From: an uncultured Chitinophagaceae bacterium
GTDB taxonomy: Bacteria > Bacteroidota > Bacteroidia > Chitinophagales > Chitinophagaceae
NCBI GenBank assembly: GCA_903904335.1
Contig: CAIVCF010000153.1
Span: 13,070-77,069, forward strand
Length of the DNA: 64,000 nucleotides
Reading direction: 5' to 3'
Made by a program: the position numbers and the translations under genes. The notes beneath the pieces were generated by a model. That model saw nothing but the letters and a program-made list of their open reading frames with translations. It made no database searches and was not told where the DNA came from. The stretch's first letter is position 1, and each line of letters begins with the position of its first letter. Shown here piece after piece: positions 1-10,700 of this stretch.

Positions 1-1469
1 GGTTTTTCTCCGAAACGTAAATGTGATGCAGTAAGAGAACCTGATTTTTTAGAATCATACACAAAATAGCCCTGTACAAAGAAATCAGTTTTATCTCCAA
101 TGATCTTGATTGAATTTTTATTTGCACTCACGGTACCATCTGCACCTAATCCAAAAAACAATCCGCGGAATTTGTGCTGAGAATCAAGATTAAAAGTTTT
201 ATCATACCATAAACTCAAATGCGTAACATCATCATCTATGCCAATGGTAAAGTGATTCTTTGGATGTTTTTGTTTCAGTTCTTTGAAAACACCTTTTACC
301 ATTGCAGGAGTGAATTCTTTAGAGGATAAACCGTACCGTCCGCCAATTACATGAGCATGGTGGTTTTCCTGAGATTCGTTCAATGCATTTACAACATCCA
401 TGTATAAGGGTTCGGCCATACTGGTTGGTTCTTTACAACGATCCAGAACGGCGATACTTACAACAGATTTTGGTAATGCTTTAATAAAATGAGGAACTGA
501 GAAAGGACGGAATAAACGAACATTGATCATTCCCACTCTCTTTCCTTCTGAATTCAGATAATCAACTGTTTCCTGGACAGCACATGCACCTGAGCCCATG
601 ATAATAATTACACGGTCAGGATGTTCGTGTCCGTAATAATCGAATAATTTATATTTTCTTCCTGTTAATGCTGCGAATTTATCCATTGTTTCTTCAACAA
701 TACCAGGCACTTTATCATAAAAAGTATTGGCAGCTTCACGGTTCTGGAAAAATACATCAGGATTTTGTGCGGTACCACGGATAGAAGGATTATCGGGAGA
801 TAAACTTCTGTCGCGGTGTGCGTTTACAAGATCCATATCAACCATTTCAGATATCACATCATCAGGGATAACGTTCACCTGAGATAATTCATGAGAAGTT
901 CTGAATCCGTCGAAAATATTTAAGAAAGGGATTCTTGCTTTTAATGTTGCAGCCTGAGCGATCAATGCCATATCCATTGCTTCCTGTGCAGTATTTCCAA
1001 ACAACATGGAAAATCCGGTAGCGCGAACAGCCATTACATCGCTATGATCTCCAAAGATGGATAAAGCATGTGTAGCCAATGTTCTTGCCGCAATATGAAA
1101 AACAGCAGGAGTTAGCTCGCCGGCAATTTTATACATGTTTGGAATCATCAGTAACAATCCCTGCGAAGAAGTAAAAGTAGAAGCCAGAGCGCCTCCATGT
1201 AATGCGCCGTGTATGGCGCCTGCAGCACCGGCTTCACTTTGCATTTCCATTATCCTTGGGATCTGGCCAAAAATATTTTTTATACCTTTTGCACTCCACT
1301 CATCGGTCCATTCACTCATTGATGAAGAAGGCGTAATAGGATAAATGGCACAAACTTCACTTGTTTTGTAAGCAACATAAGCAGCAGCTTCATTCCCATC
1401 CATGATTTCTAAAGAATGGTTGTCTTCTGTTATAGAAGCTTCTAATTGTGGTTTAATTGATGTTTCCAT
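1..1469 (-). CDS. nifJ: pyruvate:ferredoxin (flavodoxin) oxidoreductase, N-terminal part (C-terminal part lies beyond the window start)
   Basis: Hand translation of the minus strand from ATG (cat at 1467-1469): METSIKPQLE..EIMDGNEAAAYVAYKTSEVCAIYPITPSSSMSEW..MEMQSEAGAAGAIHGAL..SSQGLLLMIPNMYKIAGELTP..HALSIFGDHSDVMA. This is the conserved PFOR domain I pattern. It is absent from the ORF track because the frame is open at the window edge. Confidence 0.88.
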   Translation of the reverse strand, partial: METSIKPQLEASITEDNHSLEIMDGNEAAAYVAYKTSEVCAIYPITPSSSMSEWTDEWSAKGIKNIFGQIPRIMEMQSEAGAAGAIHGALHGGALASTFTSSQGLLLMIPNMYKIAGELTPAVFHIAARTLATHALSIFGDHSDVMAVRATGFSMLFGNTAQEAMDMALIAQAATLKARIPFLNIFDGFRTSHELSQVNVIPDDVISEMVDMDLVNAHRDRSLSPDNPSIRGTAQNPDVFFQNREAANTFYDKVPGIVEETMDKFAALTGRKYKLFDYYGHEHPDRVIIIMGSGACAVQETVDYLNSEGKRVGMINVRLFRPFSVPHFIKALPKSVVSIAVLDRCKEPTSMAEPLYMDVVNALNESQENHHAHVIGGRYGLSSKEFTPAMVKGVFKELKQKHPKNHFTIGIDDDVTHLSLWYDKTFNLDSQHKFRGLFFGLGADGTVSANKNSIKIIGDKTDFFVQGYFVYDSKKSGSLTASHLRFGEK

Positions 1470-1699
1470 GATATTAATATTATTACGGTAAGAAATATTG
1501 AGAACACGAAAGTAGTTGGATGGGGAAGTGGAAAAAATGACGGAAATCAGTTACTTATTGTAAATAAAGGTTTTTATAAATAGACTTAAGCTGCGATATT
1601 ATCGGTAAAATCTAAGGGCAAACTCCCGTTCTTTCTGTATTCTAATATCAATTCTGTTTATCTTTATCGCTCTGAAAATTATCTTTATAGCTAATACTT

Positions 1700-2758
1700 A
1701 TGTCGATGCTCAAAAAAATTCTGTTTTATTTTTCTGTATTGTTATTAGCAGCTGCCTGTACAGCTAAAAAAGAAGAGGTTAAACAAAACACGGGACCGCA
1801 GGCTGCAATTGTTGATGTAATCATAGCATCCGGCAGTTCGGTAAGCAGCATTGTAGAAGCAAACGGTTCTGTTGTGGCAAATGAGTATGTTGAACTACAT
1901 CCTGAAATAAGCGGACGCCTGATTTTTTTAAATGTTCCGGAAGGAAAAACGGTTCAACAAGGAACAATTATAGCCCGAATCAATGACGCCGATCTTCAGG
2001 CACAATTGCTGAAAGAAAAAGTAGGTCTGGATTTAGCAATAAAAACAGAAGAACGTTTAAGAAAACTATTATTGGTAAACGGGGTTAATCAGGCAGATTA
2101 TGATGCTGCAAAAACCGCTATAGACAGCTACAAAGCTGATATCGCTTATACTGAAGCAATGATCGATAAAACAGTCATCAGAGCCCCTTTTTCCGGTACA
2201 GTTGGATTACGTCAGGTAAGTACGGGAGCCTATCTTACACCGGCATCCCTGATTGCAACAATCCAGCAAAATACAAAAATGAAAGTTGACTTCACTATCC
2301 CGGAAGCATATAGTAAAGAAATAAAAGTAGGCGCAACAATAGACATTGAAACTTCGGATCTGAAAGGAACTAAAAGAAAAGCAACGATTATCGCGATAGA
2401 GCCACAGATCAATGTGACCACACGTAATTTAAAGGTGAGAGCTATTATTGACAGCGAAGGGATCAATCCCGGAACATTTGTGAAAGTGTACGTGGCATCC
2501 AATACAGATGCAAAAGCTATTATGGTTCCAACCGGTTGTATTATTCCTGATGATAAGAACAAACAGTTGGTGCTTGTAAAATCCGGCAAAGCAAATTTTG
2601 TTAATGTTGAAACGGGAGTACGTCAAGCTGATAATATTGAAATTACCAAAGGAGTAAATGTAGGTGATACTGTTATTGTTACAGGCCTATTGTTTACAAG
2701 ACCAAAGAGCCCGGTAAAAATCAGATCTGTAAAAACACTTGAACAATTAAGTAAATAA
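1700..2758 (+). CDS. efflux RND transporter periplasmic adaptor subunit (HlyD/AcrA family)
   Basis: 352-aa ORF with a lipoprotein-type signal (LLLAAAC) and a barrel-sandwich/coiled-coil adaptor layout. It lies directly upstream of an RND pump. Confidence 0.85.
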   Translation: MSMLKKILFYFSVLLLAAACTAKKEEVKQNTGPQAAIVDVIIASGSSVSSIVEANGSVVANEYVELHPEISGRLIFLNVPEGKTVQQGTIIARINDADLQAQLLKEKVGLDLAIKTEERLRKLLLVNGVNQADYDAAKTAIDSYKADIAYTEAMIDKTVIRAPFSGTVGLRQVSTGAYLTPASLIATIQQNTKMKVDFTIPEAYSKEIKVGATIDIETSDLKGTKRKATIIAIEPQINVTTRNLKVRAIIDSEGINPGTFVKVYVASNTDAKAIMVPTGCIIPDDKNKQLVLVKSGKANFVNVETGVRQADNIEITKGVNVGDTVIVTGLLFTRPKSPVKIRSVKTLEQLSK

Positions 2759-2806
2759 GAATACATCAAAAAAAATTTCCTGTACCAATAGAACTGACAG
2801 AGCCTC

Positions 2807-5800
2807 ATGAATATTTCCGAATTATCATTAAAGCGTCCGGTATTAGCTACAGTAATGAACCTGGGCATTATTTTATTTGGTGTTGTGGGTTTTACGTTTC
2901 TGGCAGTACGCGATTATCCCGCAATTGATCCGCCGGTAATAAGTGTTGCTACCAGTTATACAGGCGCTAATTCTGATATTATTGAAAGCCAAATTACAGA
3001 GCCTTTAGAAAAACAAATCAATGGTATCCCGGGAATACGAACCATCACTTCTTCCAGTACGTTAGGCGGAAGTAATATTACTGTTGAATTTAACTTGGGA
3101 GTTGATCTGGAAGCTGCCGCCAGTGACGTGCGAGATAAAGTTGGACAAGCATTAAGAAGTTTACCTCAGGATATTGATGCGCCGCCAGTTGTATCAAAAG
3201 CCGATGCAAACAGTGACCCAATTATTGTAATTGCAGTACAAAGTCATACCAAAAGTTTATTACAGCTGAGTGATTATGCAGAAAATGTATTACAACAGCA
3301 ATTGCAGACAATCAAAGATGTGAGCAGCGTTGGCATATTCGGTCAAAAGCGTTACAGTATGCGCATTTGGCTTAATCCGGATAAAATGAATTCTTATGGT
3401 ATCGCATTCAATGATATCAGCACTTCTCTCAATAATGAAAACATAGAATTACCTCCCGGAAAGATTTATGGAAACAATACGGAATTAATTATTCGTGCTT
3501 TGGGTCGGTTCACAACAGAACAACAATTCAGAGATTTAATTATAAAACAAGATGCAAACGGAATCGTTCGATTAAGTGATATCGCCCGTGTTGAATTGGG
3601 TCCCGAGCAAATAGAACAATCCTGGAAACTAAATGGCTTGCATGCGGTTGGTTTAGCGATCACGCCTCAACCGGGAGCAAATAATATTGAAATCGCTGAT
3701 GAATTTTACAGAAGACTTGATCAAATTAAAAAAGCAAATAAATCGGATATTGAATTTAACGTGGTAATTGATAACACTATCAATATCCGCAAATCTTTAA
3801 ATGAAGTAAAAGAAACATTATTTATTGCATTCGGTTTAGTTGTTTTGGTTATCTTTTTATTTTTCCGTAACTGGCTTATTGCACTACGTCCATTAATTGA
3901 TATTCCTATTTCATTAGTGGCTACATTCTTTGTAATGTATCTATCAGGCTTCTCCATAAATATTTTGACTTTATTAGGAATCGTATTGGCAACAGGTTTG
4001 GTGGTAGATGACGGTATTGTTGTTACTGAGAATATCTTCAGAAAATTAGAAGAAGGATTGCCTATTCGCAAAGCCGCATTGGAAGGAAGTAAGGAAATAT
4101 TTTTTGCGGTGGTTTCAACTTCCATCACATTAGCCGTTGTGTTTTTGCCTGTGATATTTTTACAGGGATTTGTGGGAAGATTATTCCGTGAGTTTGGTGT
4201 AACACTTGCGGCGGCTGTTTTGATTTCTGCTTTTGTATCATTAACCATTACACCTGTATTAAACGTTTACCTCAGTTCCAAGAATGCACATGAAGGTTGG
4301 TTTTATAAAGCAACAGAACCATTCTTTACCGGAATGGAAAGCGGTTATAAAAAATTATTGATCGGTTTTATGAAAGTGAGATGGGTGGCATGGTTAATTA
4401 TATTGGCTTGTGTGGGTATCATTTGGTTTGTGATGCGAAACATTCAAAGCGAATTAGCTCCTTTGGAAGACAGGAGCAGCATCCGTTTTACAGTAACAGC
4501 AGCAGAAGGTGTTAGTTATCCTTATATGCAAAACATGGCAGATAAGATCAGCAATTATTTAATGGATTCTGTTCCTGAGAGAGAGTATGTTTATATGAGA
4601 ACACCTGCCGGGTATGGCGGATCTGCTTCAGGAATGAATACAGCACAACCACGTGTAGGATTGGTAGACCCTCAATTTCGAAAAAGATCACAAATGGAGA
4701 TCACAGCTGATCTTCAAAAAAAATTAAATCGATTTAATGATGCAAGAATATTTGCTATACAGGAACAAACTATTTCAGTTGGGTTAAGTTCAAGAGGCGC
4801 TTTGCCGATTCAATTTATTTTACAGAATCAGGATCTGAATAAGTTGAAACAAATCATTCCTAAATTTTTGGATGAGGCAAGAAAAGATAAAACATTCTCG
4901 AATGTTGATGTGAATCTTAAATTCACCAGACCTGAAGTTCAATTAACAGTTGACAGGATAAAAGTGAAAGACCTCGGGCTTTCTACTGCAGATGTCGTAT
5001 CAGCACTTCAATCTGCTTACAGCGGCGGGCGTATGGCTTATTTTATCATGAATGGTTATCAGTATCAGGTAATAGCGCAGGTAGAAAGAGAAAATCGTAA
5101 CACACCGTTCGATATTAAAACGTTGTATGTAAGAAATAAGAATGGCGATAATATTCCGCTCGATGCTGTTGTGCATTTGGATGAAGCAAGTAGCCCTTCC
5201 ACTTTATACCATTTTAACAGATATAAAGCTGCTACCATTTCTGCATCTTTAGCTGAAGGAAAGACGATCGGAGATGGTATTAAAGCCATGCGTGCCATTG
5301 CAAACAAATTAACTGATGAAAGTTTTCAAACATCGTTAAGTGGTCCTTCGCGTGATTATGATGAAAGTGCTTCTAATATCATGTTTGCATTTATTCTGGC
5401 ATTGTTATTAATTTATTTGGTATTAGCCGGGCAGTTTGAAAGTTTTCTCGATCCGCTTACCATCATGCTTACAGTTCCGTTGGCATTGGCAGGAGCTTTA
5501 TTAAGTTTATATGTATTTCATCAAACATTAAATATTCTTTCAGAGATCGGAATGATCATGCTGATCGGGTTGGTAACCAAAAACGGAATTTTAATTGTTG
5601 AATTCGCCAAACAAAAACGCGAGTTCGGCTATAAAAAAATGGATGCCATTATTGAAGCTGCCGCACAAAGATTACGTCCCATTTTAATGACAAGCCTTGC
5701 CACATCATTAGGCGCCTTGCCCATTGCTTTAAGTATCGGTGCTGCAAGTACCAGCCGTATCCCTTTGGGTATTGTTGTTGTTGGCGGATTATTGTTCTCA

Positions 5801-5887
5801 TTGATACTTACTTTGTTTGTTATTCCGGCGGTGTACACATACATCAGCGGAAAACATAAAGCACATGAAACAGAAATAACCGAATAA
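2807..5887 (+). CDS. efflux RND transporter permease subunit (AcrB/HAE1-like)
   Basis: 1026-aa ORF. N-terminus MNISELSLKRPVLATV is typical of RND pumps. It has two large periplasmic loops between hydrophobic blocks. Confidence 0.9.
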   Translation: MNISELSLKRPVLATVMNLGIILFGVVGFTFLAVRDYPAIDPPVISVATSYTGANSDIIESQITEPLEKQINGIPGIRTITSSSTLGGSNITVEFNLGVDLEAAASDVRDKVGQALRSLPQDIDAPPVVSKADANSDPIIVIAVQSHTKSLLQLSDYAENVLQQQLQTIKDVSSVGIFGQKRYSMRIWLNPDKMNSYGIAFNDISTSLNNENIELPPGKIYGNNTELIIRALGRFTTEQQFRDLIIKQDANGIVRLSDIARVELGPEQIEQSWKLNGLHAVGLAITPQPGANNIEIADEFYRRLDQIKKANKSDIEFNVVIDNTINIRKSLNEVKETLFIAFGLVVLVIFLFFRNWLIALRPLIDIPISLVATFFVMYLSGFSINILTLLGIVLATGLVVDDGIVVTENIFRKLEEGLPIRKAALEGSKEIFFAVVSTSITLAVVFLPVIFLQGFVGRLFREFGVTLAAAVLISAFVSLTITPVLNVYLSSKNAHEGWFYKATEPFFTGMESGYKKLLIGFMKVRWVAWLIILACVGIIWFVMRNIQSELAPLEDRSSIRFTVTAAEGVSYPYMQNMADKISNYLMDSVPEREYVYMRTPAGYGGSASGMNTAQPRVGLVDPQFRKRSQMEITADLQKKLNRFNDARIFAIQEQTISVGLSSRGALPIQFILQNQDLNKLKQIIPKFLDEARKDKTFSNVDVNLKFTRPEVQLTVDRIKVKDLGLSTADVVSALQSAYSGGRMAYFIMNGYQYQVIAQVERENRNTPFDIKTLYVRNKNGDNIPLDAVVHLDEASSPSTLYHFNRYKAATISASLAEGKTIGDGIKAMRAIANKLTDESFQTSLSGPSRDYDESASNIMFAFILALLLIYLVLAGQFESFLDPLTIMLTVPLALAGALLSLYVFHQTLNILSEIGMIMLIGLVTKNGILIVEFAKQKREFGYKKMDAIIEAAAQRLRPILMTSLATSLGALPIALSIGAASTSRIPLGIVVVGGLLFSLILTLFVIPAVYTYISGKHKAHETEITE

Positions 5888-5892
5888 ACTGA

Positions 5893-5916
5893 AAGCGGCA
5901 ATTGCCGCTTTTTTTG
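5893..5916 (+). terminator. rho-independent terminator after the RND pump
   Basis: agcggcaattgccgct palindrome followed by a T7 run, 6 nt after the stop codon. Confidence 0.6.
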
Positions 5917-5980
5917 TGCATGAGAAACATCAGCTTTTGAGTTTGATATATCAATAACTTTGTTCTCTAAATATTTTGTG

Positions 5981-6634
5981 ATGAATGCATCCAACGATCC
6001 GATAGCAAATATCAGGATAGATTATAAATTAAAATCTCTAAGCGAAGAAGATACAGCTGACAATGCATACGAACAATTTTCGAAATGGTGGAGCGAGGCC
6101 AGAAACAGTCACCTGCACGAAATAAACGCCATGACATTGGCAACTGCCGATAAGAATGGAACACCCTCTGCACGCATTGTTTTATTAAAAGGATACGATG
6201 CAAGAGGATTTATTTTCTTTACCAATTACAATAGTGCAAAAGGAAATGAACTGGAAGAAAATCCGAAAGCATCATTATTATTTTTTTGGAAAGAATTGGA
6301 AAGGCAGATTCGTATCGATGGTACTGTTGAAAAAATTTCAGCATTGGAAAGCGATATTTATTTTAAATCTCGCCCGGCCGGAAGTCGAATCGGTGCATGG
6401 GCTTCTCCTCAAAGTACTGTGATTGAAAACAGAAAAGTAATCGAAGAAAATTTCCTGAAATATGAAGAACAATTCGGTACAGAAAATATTCCGCGACCTG
6501 AACATTGGGGCGGTTATTTAGTAAAGCCAAATAAATTAGAATTCTGGCAGGGCCGCAGCAGCAGGTTGCATGACCGTATTCAATATACTTTGCAAACGGA
6601 TGGTAATTGGAAAAGAGAAAGATTGGCGCCGTAA
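5981..6634 (+). CDS. pdxH: pyridoxamine 5'-phosphate oxidase
   Basis: RIVLLKGYDARGFIFFTNYNSAKG and C-terminal EFWQGRSSRLHDR match PdxH. ATG at 5981 gives about 217 aa and is preferred over the TTG at 5960 used in the track. Confidence 0.9.
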   Translation: MNASNDPIANIRIDYKLKSLSEEDTADNAYEQFSKWWSEARNSHLHEINAMTLATADKNGTPSARIVLLKGYDARGFIFFTNYNSAKGNELEENPKASLLFFWKELERQIRIDGTVEKISALESDIYFKSRPAGSRIGAWASPQSTVIENRKVIEENFLKYEEQFGTENIPRPEHWGGYLVKPNKLEFWQGRSSRLHDRIQYTLQTDGNWKRERLAP

Positions 6635-6649
6635 TTTTTTTATTAAACA

Positions 6650-6684
6650 AAAAGCCGCAACTAATTTATAATTGCGGCTTTTTT
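6650..6684. terminator. bidirectional terminator hairpin between convergent pdxH and the transketolase subunit
   Basis: aaaagccgcaa..(loop)..ttgcggctttttt, with A-run and T-run flanks on both sides. Confidence 0.65.
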
Positions 6685-6700
6685 AAAAATTATTTTTCTA

Positions 6701-7663
6701 TCATTTTCTCTTCATCACTTTCTCTACAGCATCAACAATATTAGGTGCATCCAATCCATACTTGGTTAACAATTGTGCCGGTGTTCCGCTTTCTCCAAAA
6801 GTATCTTTTGTTCCAACGTATTCGATCGGTATCGGAAAATGTGTTGCAGCAACCTGCGCAATACTATCGCCTAATCCACCAATGATATTATGTTCTTCAA
6901 CGGTAACCGCACATTTTGTTTTGGTGATGGATTTAATGATGGCATCAACATCCAATGGTTTAATTGTATGAATGTTTATCAATTCAACACTTACTCCTTT
7001 TTCTTCTAAAATTCTTCCTGCTTCAATGGCTTTCCAAACCATGTGACCACAGGCAAAAATAGAAACATCTGTTCCTGTACTTAACTGCTGTGCTTTACCA
7101 ATTACAAAATCGCTTCCATCTTCTTTGGTAAAGTTGGGCCATTTTGGTCTGCCGAAACGTAAGTACACAGGACCTTCATATGATGCGATTGCTTTTGTTG
7201 CTGCTTTTGTTTGATTAAAATCACAGGGCACAATCACTGTCATGCCTGGTAACATTTTCATCAAACCGATGTCTTCTAATATTTGATGTGTAGCGCCATC
7301 TTCTCCCAATGTTAATCCTGCATGCGATGCACAGATCTTTACATTTTTATTGCTGTAAGCAACGCTTTGGCGTATCTGATCATACACACGCCCGGTGCTG
7401 AAATTTGCAAATGTGGTTGTATAAGGAATTTTTCCACCTATTGTCAATCCTGCTGCAATACCGATCATGTTTGCTTCTGCTATGCCGCACTGAATAAAAC
7501 GTTCCGGGAATTCTTTAATAAACGGAGCGATCTTCATGGAACCAGCTAGATCAGCAGTAAGAATAACAACGTTTGGATTTTCTTTTCCTAATTCATAGGC
7601 GCCCTCTCCAAAACCGGCACGTGTTTCTTTTTCGTTGAGTACCTGAATGTCTTTCAGTTTCAT
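6701..7663 (-). CDS. transketolase family protein (C-terminal pyrimidine-binding subunit of a split transketolase)
   Basis: MKLKDIQVLNEKETRAGFGEGAYELG.., FIQCGIAEANMIGIAAG, EDGATHQ motifs. ATG at 7661-7663 gives 320 aa. The upstream part of the track ORF is hydrophobic read-through. Confidence 0.85.
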   Translation of the reverse strand: MKLKDIQVLNEKETRAGFGEGAYELGKENPNVVILTADLAGSMKIAPFIKEFPERFIQCGIAEANMIGIAAGLTIGGKIPYTTTFANFSTGRVYDQIRQSVAYSNKNVKICASHAGLTLGEDGATHQILEDIGLMKMLPGMTVIVPCDFNQTKAATKAIASYEGPVYLRFGRPKWPNFTKEDGSDFVIGKAQQLSTGTDVSIFACGHMVWKAIEAGRILEEKGVSVELINIHTIKPLDVDAIIKSITKTKCAVTVEEHNIIGGLGDSIAQVAATHFPIPIEYVGTKDTFGESGTPAQLLTKYGLDAPNIVDAVEKVMKRK

Positions 7664-7794
7664 ATTAATGATTGATAATAAAATTGCTGCAAAGTAAAGG
7701 AAAACGAATGAGTATTTAGACTGAATTAATAAGCCAATACTTGATCTTAATAAAGGGTTACCAGCCATTGAAAGACCGGCAACTCTTTAAAAGT

Positions 7795-10700
7795 TTATGT
7801 TGTTACCACATCAATATCTTTTACATTTCCTGTTCTTTTTAAAACACCCCATGATTGTAATTCTCCTTTAATCGCTCTTCTGTAAGAGCGGAAAAGAACG
7901 ATCATCATCAACCATCTGTAAATTAATCGTTGTGGAATAAGCCAGAATAATTTCCATGCTTTTTCTTTTTCAAATGCAAATGCTAATCCGGCAATTAAGC
8001 TGTCAATCAATAAGAAAATAAGGTAGTAGATCCCTATTTTCCCTCTGCTGTCAGTAAACAATCCGAAGAACATAAAGAAATCGCCGATCGGACTGAATAA
8101 TGGAATGATGTATTTGAATAATAATATATCAGGCAATGCGATCCAACCCAAGCCTTTATATTTATTAACGAACAAAGCATCTTTATGTTTCCAAAAAGTT
8201 TGCATCACACCAAATGTCCAGCGGAAACGTTGCTTGAAAAATTGTTTCAGCGTTTCCGGTGCTTCAGTGTAAGCCATTGCTTTTGGTTCGTTCGCAATAA
8301 CATAACCGATCCTTAAAATCCTGATCGTGATATCACAATCTTCCGCCAATGTATCGGTTGTAAAACCGCCTGCAAGCATCAATGCTTCTTTTTTAAATGC
8401 GCCGATAGCACCCGGAATCACCGTAATGGCATTTGGGTATGCAAAACCTTTTCTGTCAAAATTCTGGCTCGTTGTGTATTCAATGCTTTGCCATTTGGTA
8501 AGCATATTCACTTCATTGCCCACTTTCACAGAACCCGCAACAGCACCCACTTTCGGATCGGCAAAATTTTTCATCAACTTACTTACCGCATCGGGTAGTA
8601 ATTTTGTATCGGCATCAATACAAACAACATAATCTGCTGCTGTTTTTGCAATACCATAATTTAATGCAGAAGCTTTACCGCCATTGGGCTTTGTAAATAT
8701 TTTTATTTTGGGATGATTTTCAAAAGCCGCTTTTACAATTTCAAAAGTTTTATCCGAACTGCCATCATCTACAAAAATGATATCGAAAAAAGGATAATCA
8801 CAACGTAATAAATTTTGTAAAGAACTTACTGCATTTACTTCTTCATTAAATGCAGGAACAATAATGGACACTGCAGGTGGATTTTCCAACACCATATTTT
8901 CCAGTAATATTTCTTTCCTTTTTTGTTTAAAAGCAAAAAAGCCCAACACCAATATTCTTACTGCACCCAGTATCAGAAAAACAATAAAGAGTGCATATAA
9001 AAAATGACCGAGTAAATAACCGCTTTCGGCAACGAAATAATTAAAACGAAGCAAATTATACTCCATTCCACTATCTACCACCGGCATAATATCTTCAGGT
9101 TTTTTGTGCAACAATTCTGCAACGGTTATAAACTGATAACCCTTTCCCTGAAAATAACGGATGATCTTTCCGGTAGCTTCTACTGTTGCTTTTCGGTTCC
9201 CGCCTGCATCGTGTAATAAAATAATATTGGCACTGTCATCATTGCTTAAATGATAGTTATAAATATTAACTACTCTGTTAAAAATAGTGTCGGCATTAAA
9301 GTTCGGAACTTCTCCCTGCAGCCAGTCTTCGGGATCGATGCTTTCACCGATGGTAATATAATTTCTTGTCCTGCTTAATGCAACAGGAATCATTTCCTCT
9401 GCTTTTTCAGGATCGCTATCTGCATTATACGGTGCTCTGAACATGATGGTACTGCGGCCGATCAAGCACTCTATCAGTAATCTTGTTGCATCAATCTCAA
9501 CTAATGCACGGCTCTTACTCACTTCCGCCATGTTGGGATGTGTGAAAGTATGATTACCTATTTCATGTCCTTCCTTAAATATCCTCTTTACTAAAGGAAT
9601 ATTATTTTCTGCTTCAATGCCTACCAAAAAAAATGCTGCATGAATATGATAATAAGCAAGTGTATCCAAAATCTGTTTCGTATAAACAGGATCAGGACCA
9701 TCATCATACGTCAGCACTAATTTTTTATCTGTTCGTTTGCCGAATTTTCTTACTACATAAGCAGAAGGCAGCGAGTCATAAGTTTCTTCACTGATGAGCA
9801 TTTCTTCCCTGTTCACTTCCGGTGTGATATGACCGTCGGTAGGTGTTGACAATAAATCGAGAACTTCACCTTCACCAATAAAATCAGGTGTACTGATACT
9901 TTGGACTGAACTAAATTCTTTAAAATCGAATTTTTGCAATGCATCTTTGGTCATCGGCAAATGATAAAAATCCCAAAGCCTGTTATCTTCACTTCCCAAT
10001 CTCCATACTGCCGTTCCTGCCAAACCGTATTCTGTTGCAAAACGAATGCTGTTGAAATTAGTGGCAGCATCTGTAAAATGAACTTCGTGGATAATATCTT
10101 TGCTGTCGTAGTATTTAAAATTAAGATTGTAAGTATCGTTATCAAAATCAATCAAGCCTTCACTTTCTTTTGCAGTAGTTAATGCTTCCTGATATGATAC
10201 AGGAATCGTTTTTCCATTCTTCTGCCAATCATAACCATAGGCAGCAAGATTCAATACAATTTTAGCAGGGGGAACTTTGCTTGCTAATTTATCAACTGCT
10301 TCTTCTATCCATTTCTGACTGCAAACGGGTCCGGGTTTTGTACTTTCTGAATGCTGATCATAAGCCATCAAAAATAGATAGTCGTTGTATTTGGCTAATT
10401 CTGTATAATTATAGTCTTCATTAAACGGCGAAACATTCTGACTGACCAAGAAGCCCTGCTCGTGTAAAGCCGTATATAATTTTTTTTGAAACTGCGTTAA
10501 CACTTCATTTCTGTTTTCTTGCATCTCTTCAAAGTCAACATTAATCCCTGTTAAATTATAAATTGTAAGGAATTTGATCACATCGTTGATCAACCGGTTT
10601 GTTTTAGCAGGACTATTTAAAATGCGATGTAAAGCTGCGCCATTCCATTTTGCATTATAGCTGTTGGAGAGCATGGGCATTACTTCAATGCCTGATTTAT

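Noticed and set aside
1700-5887. RND adaptor plus pump with no outer-membrane factor gene, divergent from nifJ.
   Set aside because: Two-gene RND modules that borrow a TolC-like protein encoded elsewhere are common. Nothing links it functionally to PFOR, so it is not novel.
2230-5994. Many 60-175-aa antisense or out-of-frame ORFs inside the RND adaptor and pump genes (for example 3721-4248). Similar ORFs occur inside ftsH (24906-25550), feoB, bamA, the GMC genes and others.
   Set aside because: All are nested within long ORFs that have clear family signatures. They are low-complexity and lack starts with promoter context, so I treat them as non-coding shadows.
6701-7663. Transketolase C-terminal subunit with no adjacent N-terminal subunit.
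   Set aside because: Split transketolase genes are widespread, and the partner may simply be encoded elsewhere. This cannot be assessed from one window.
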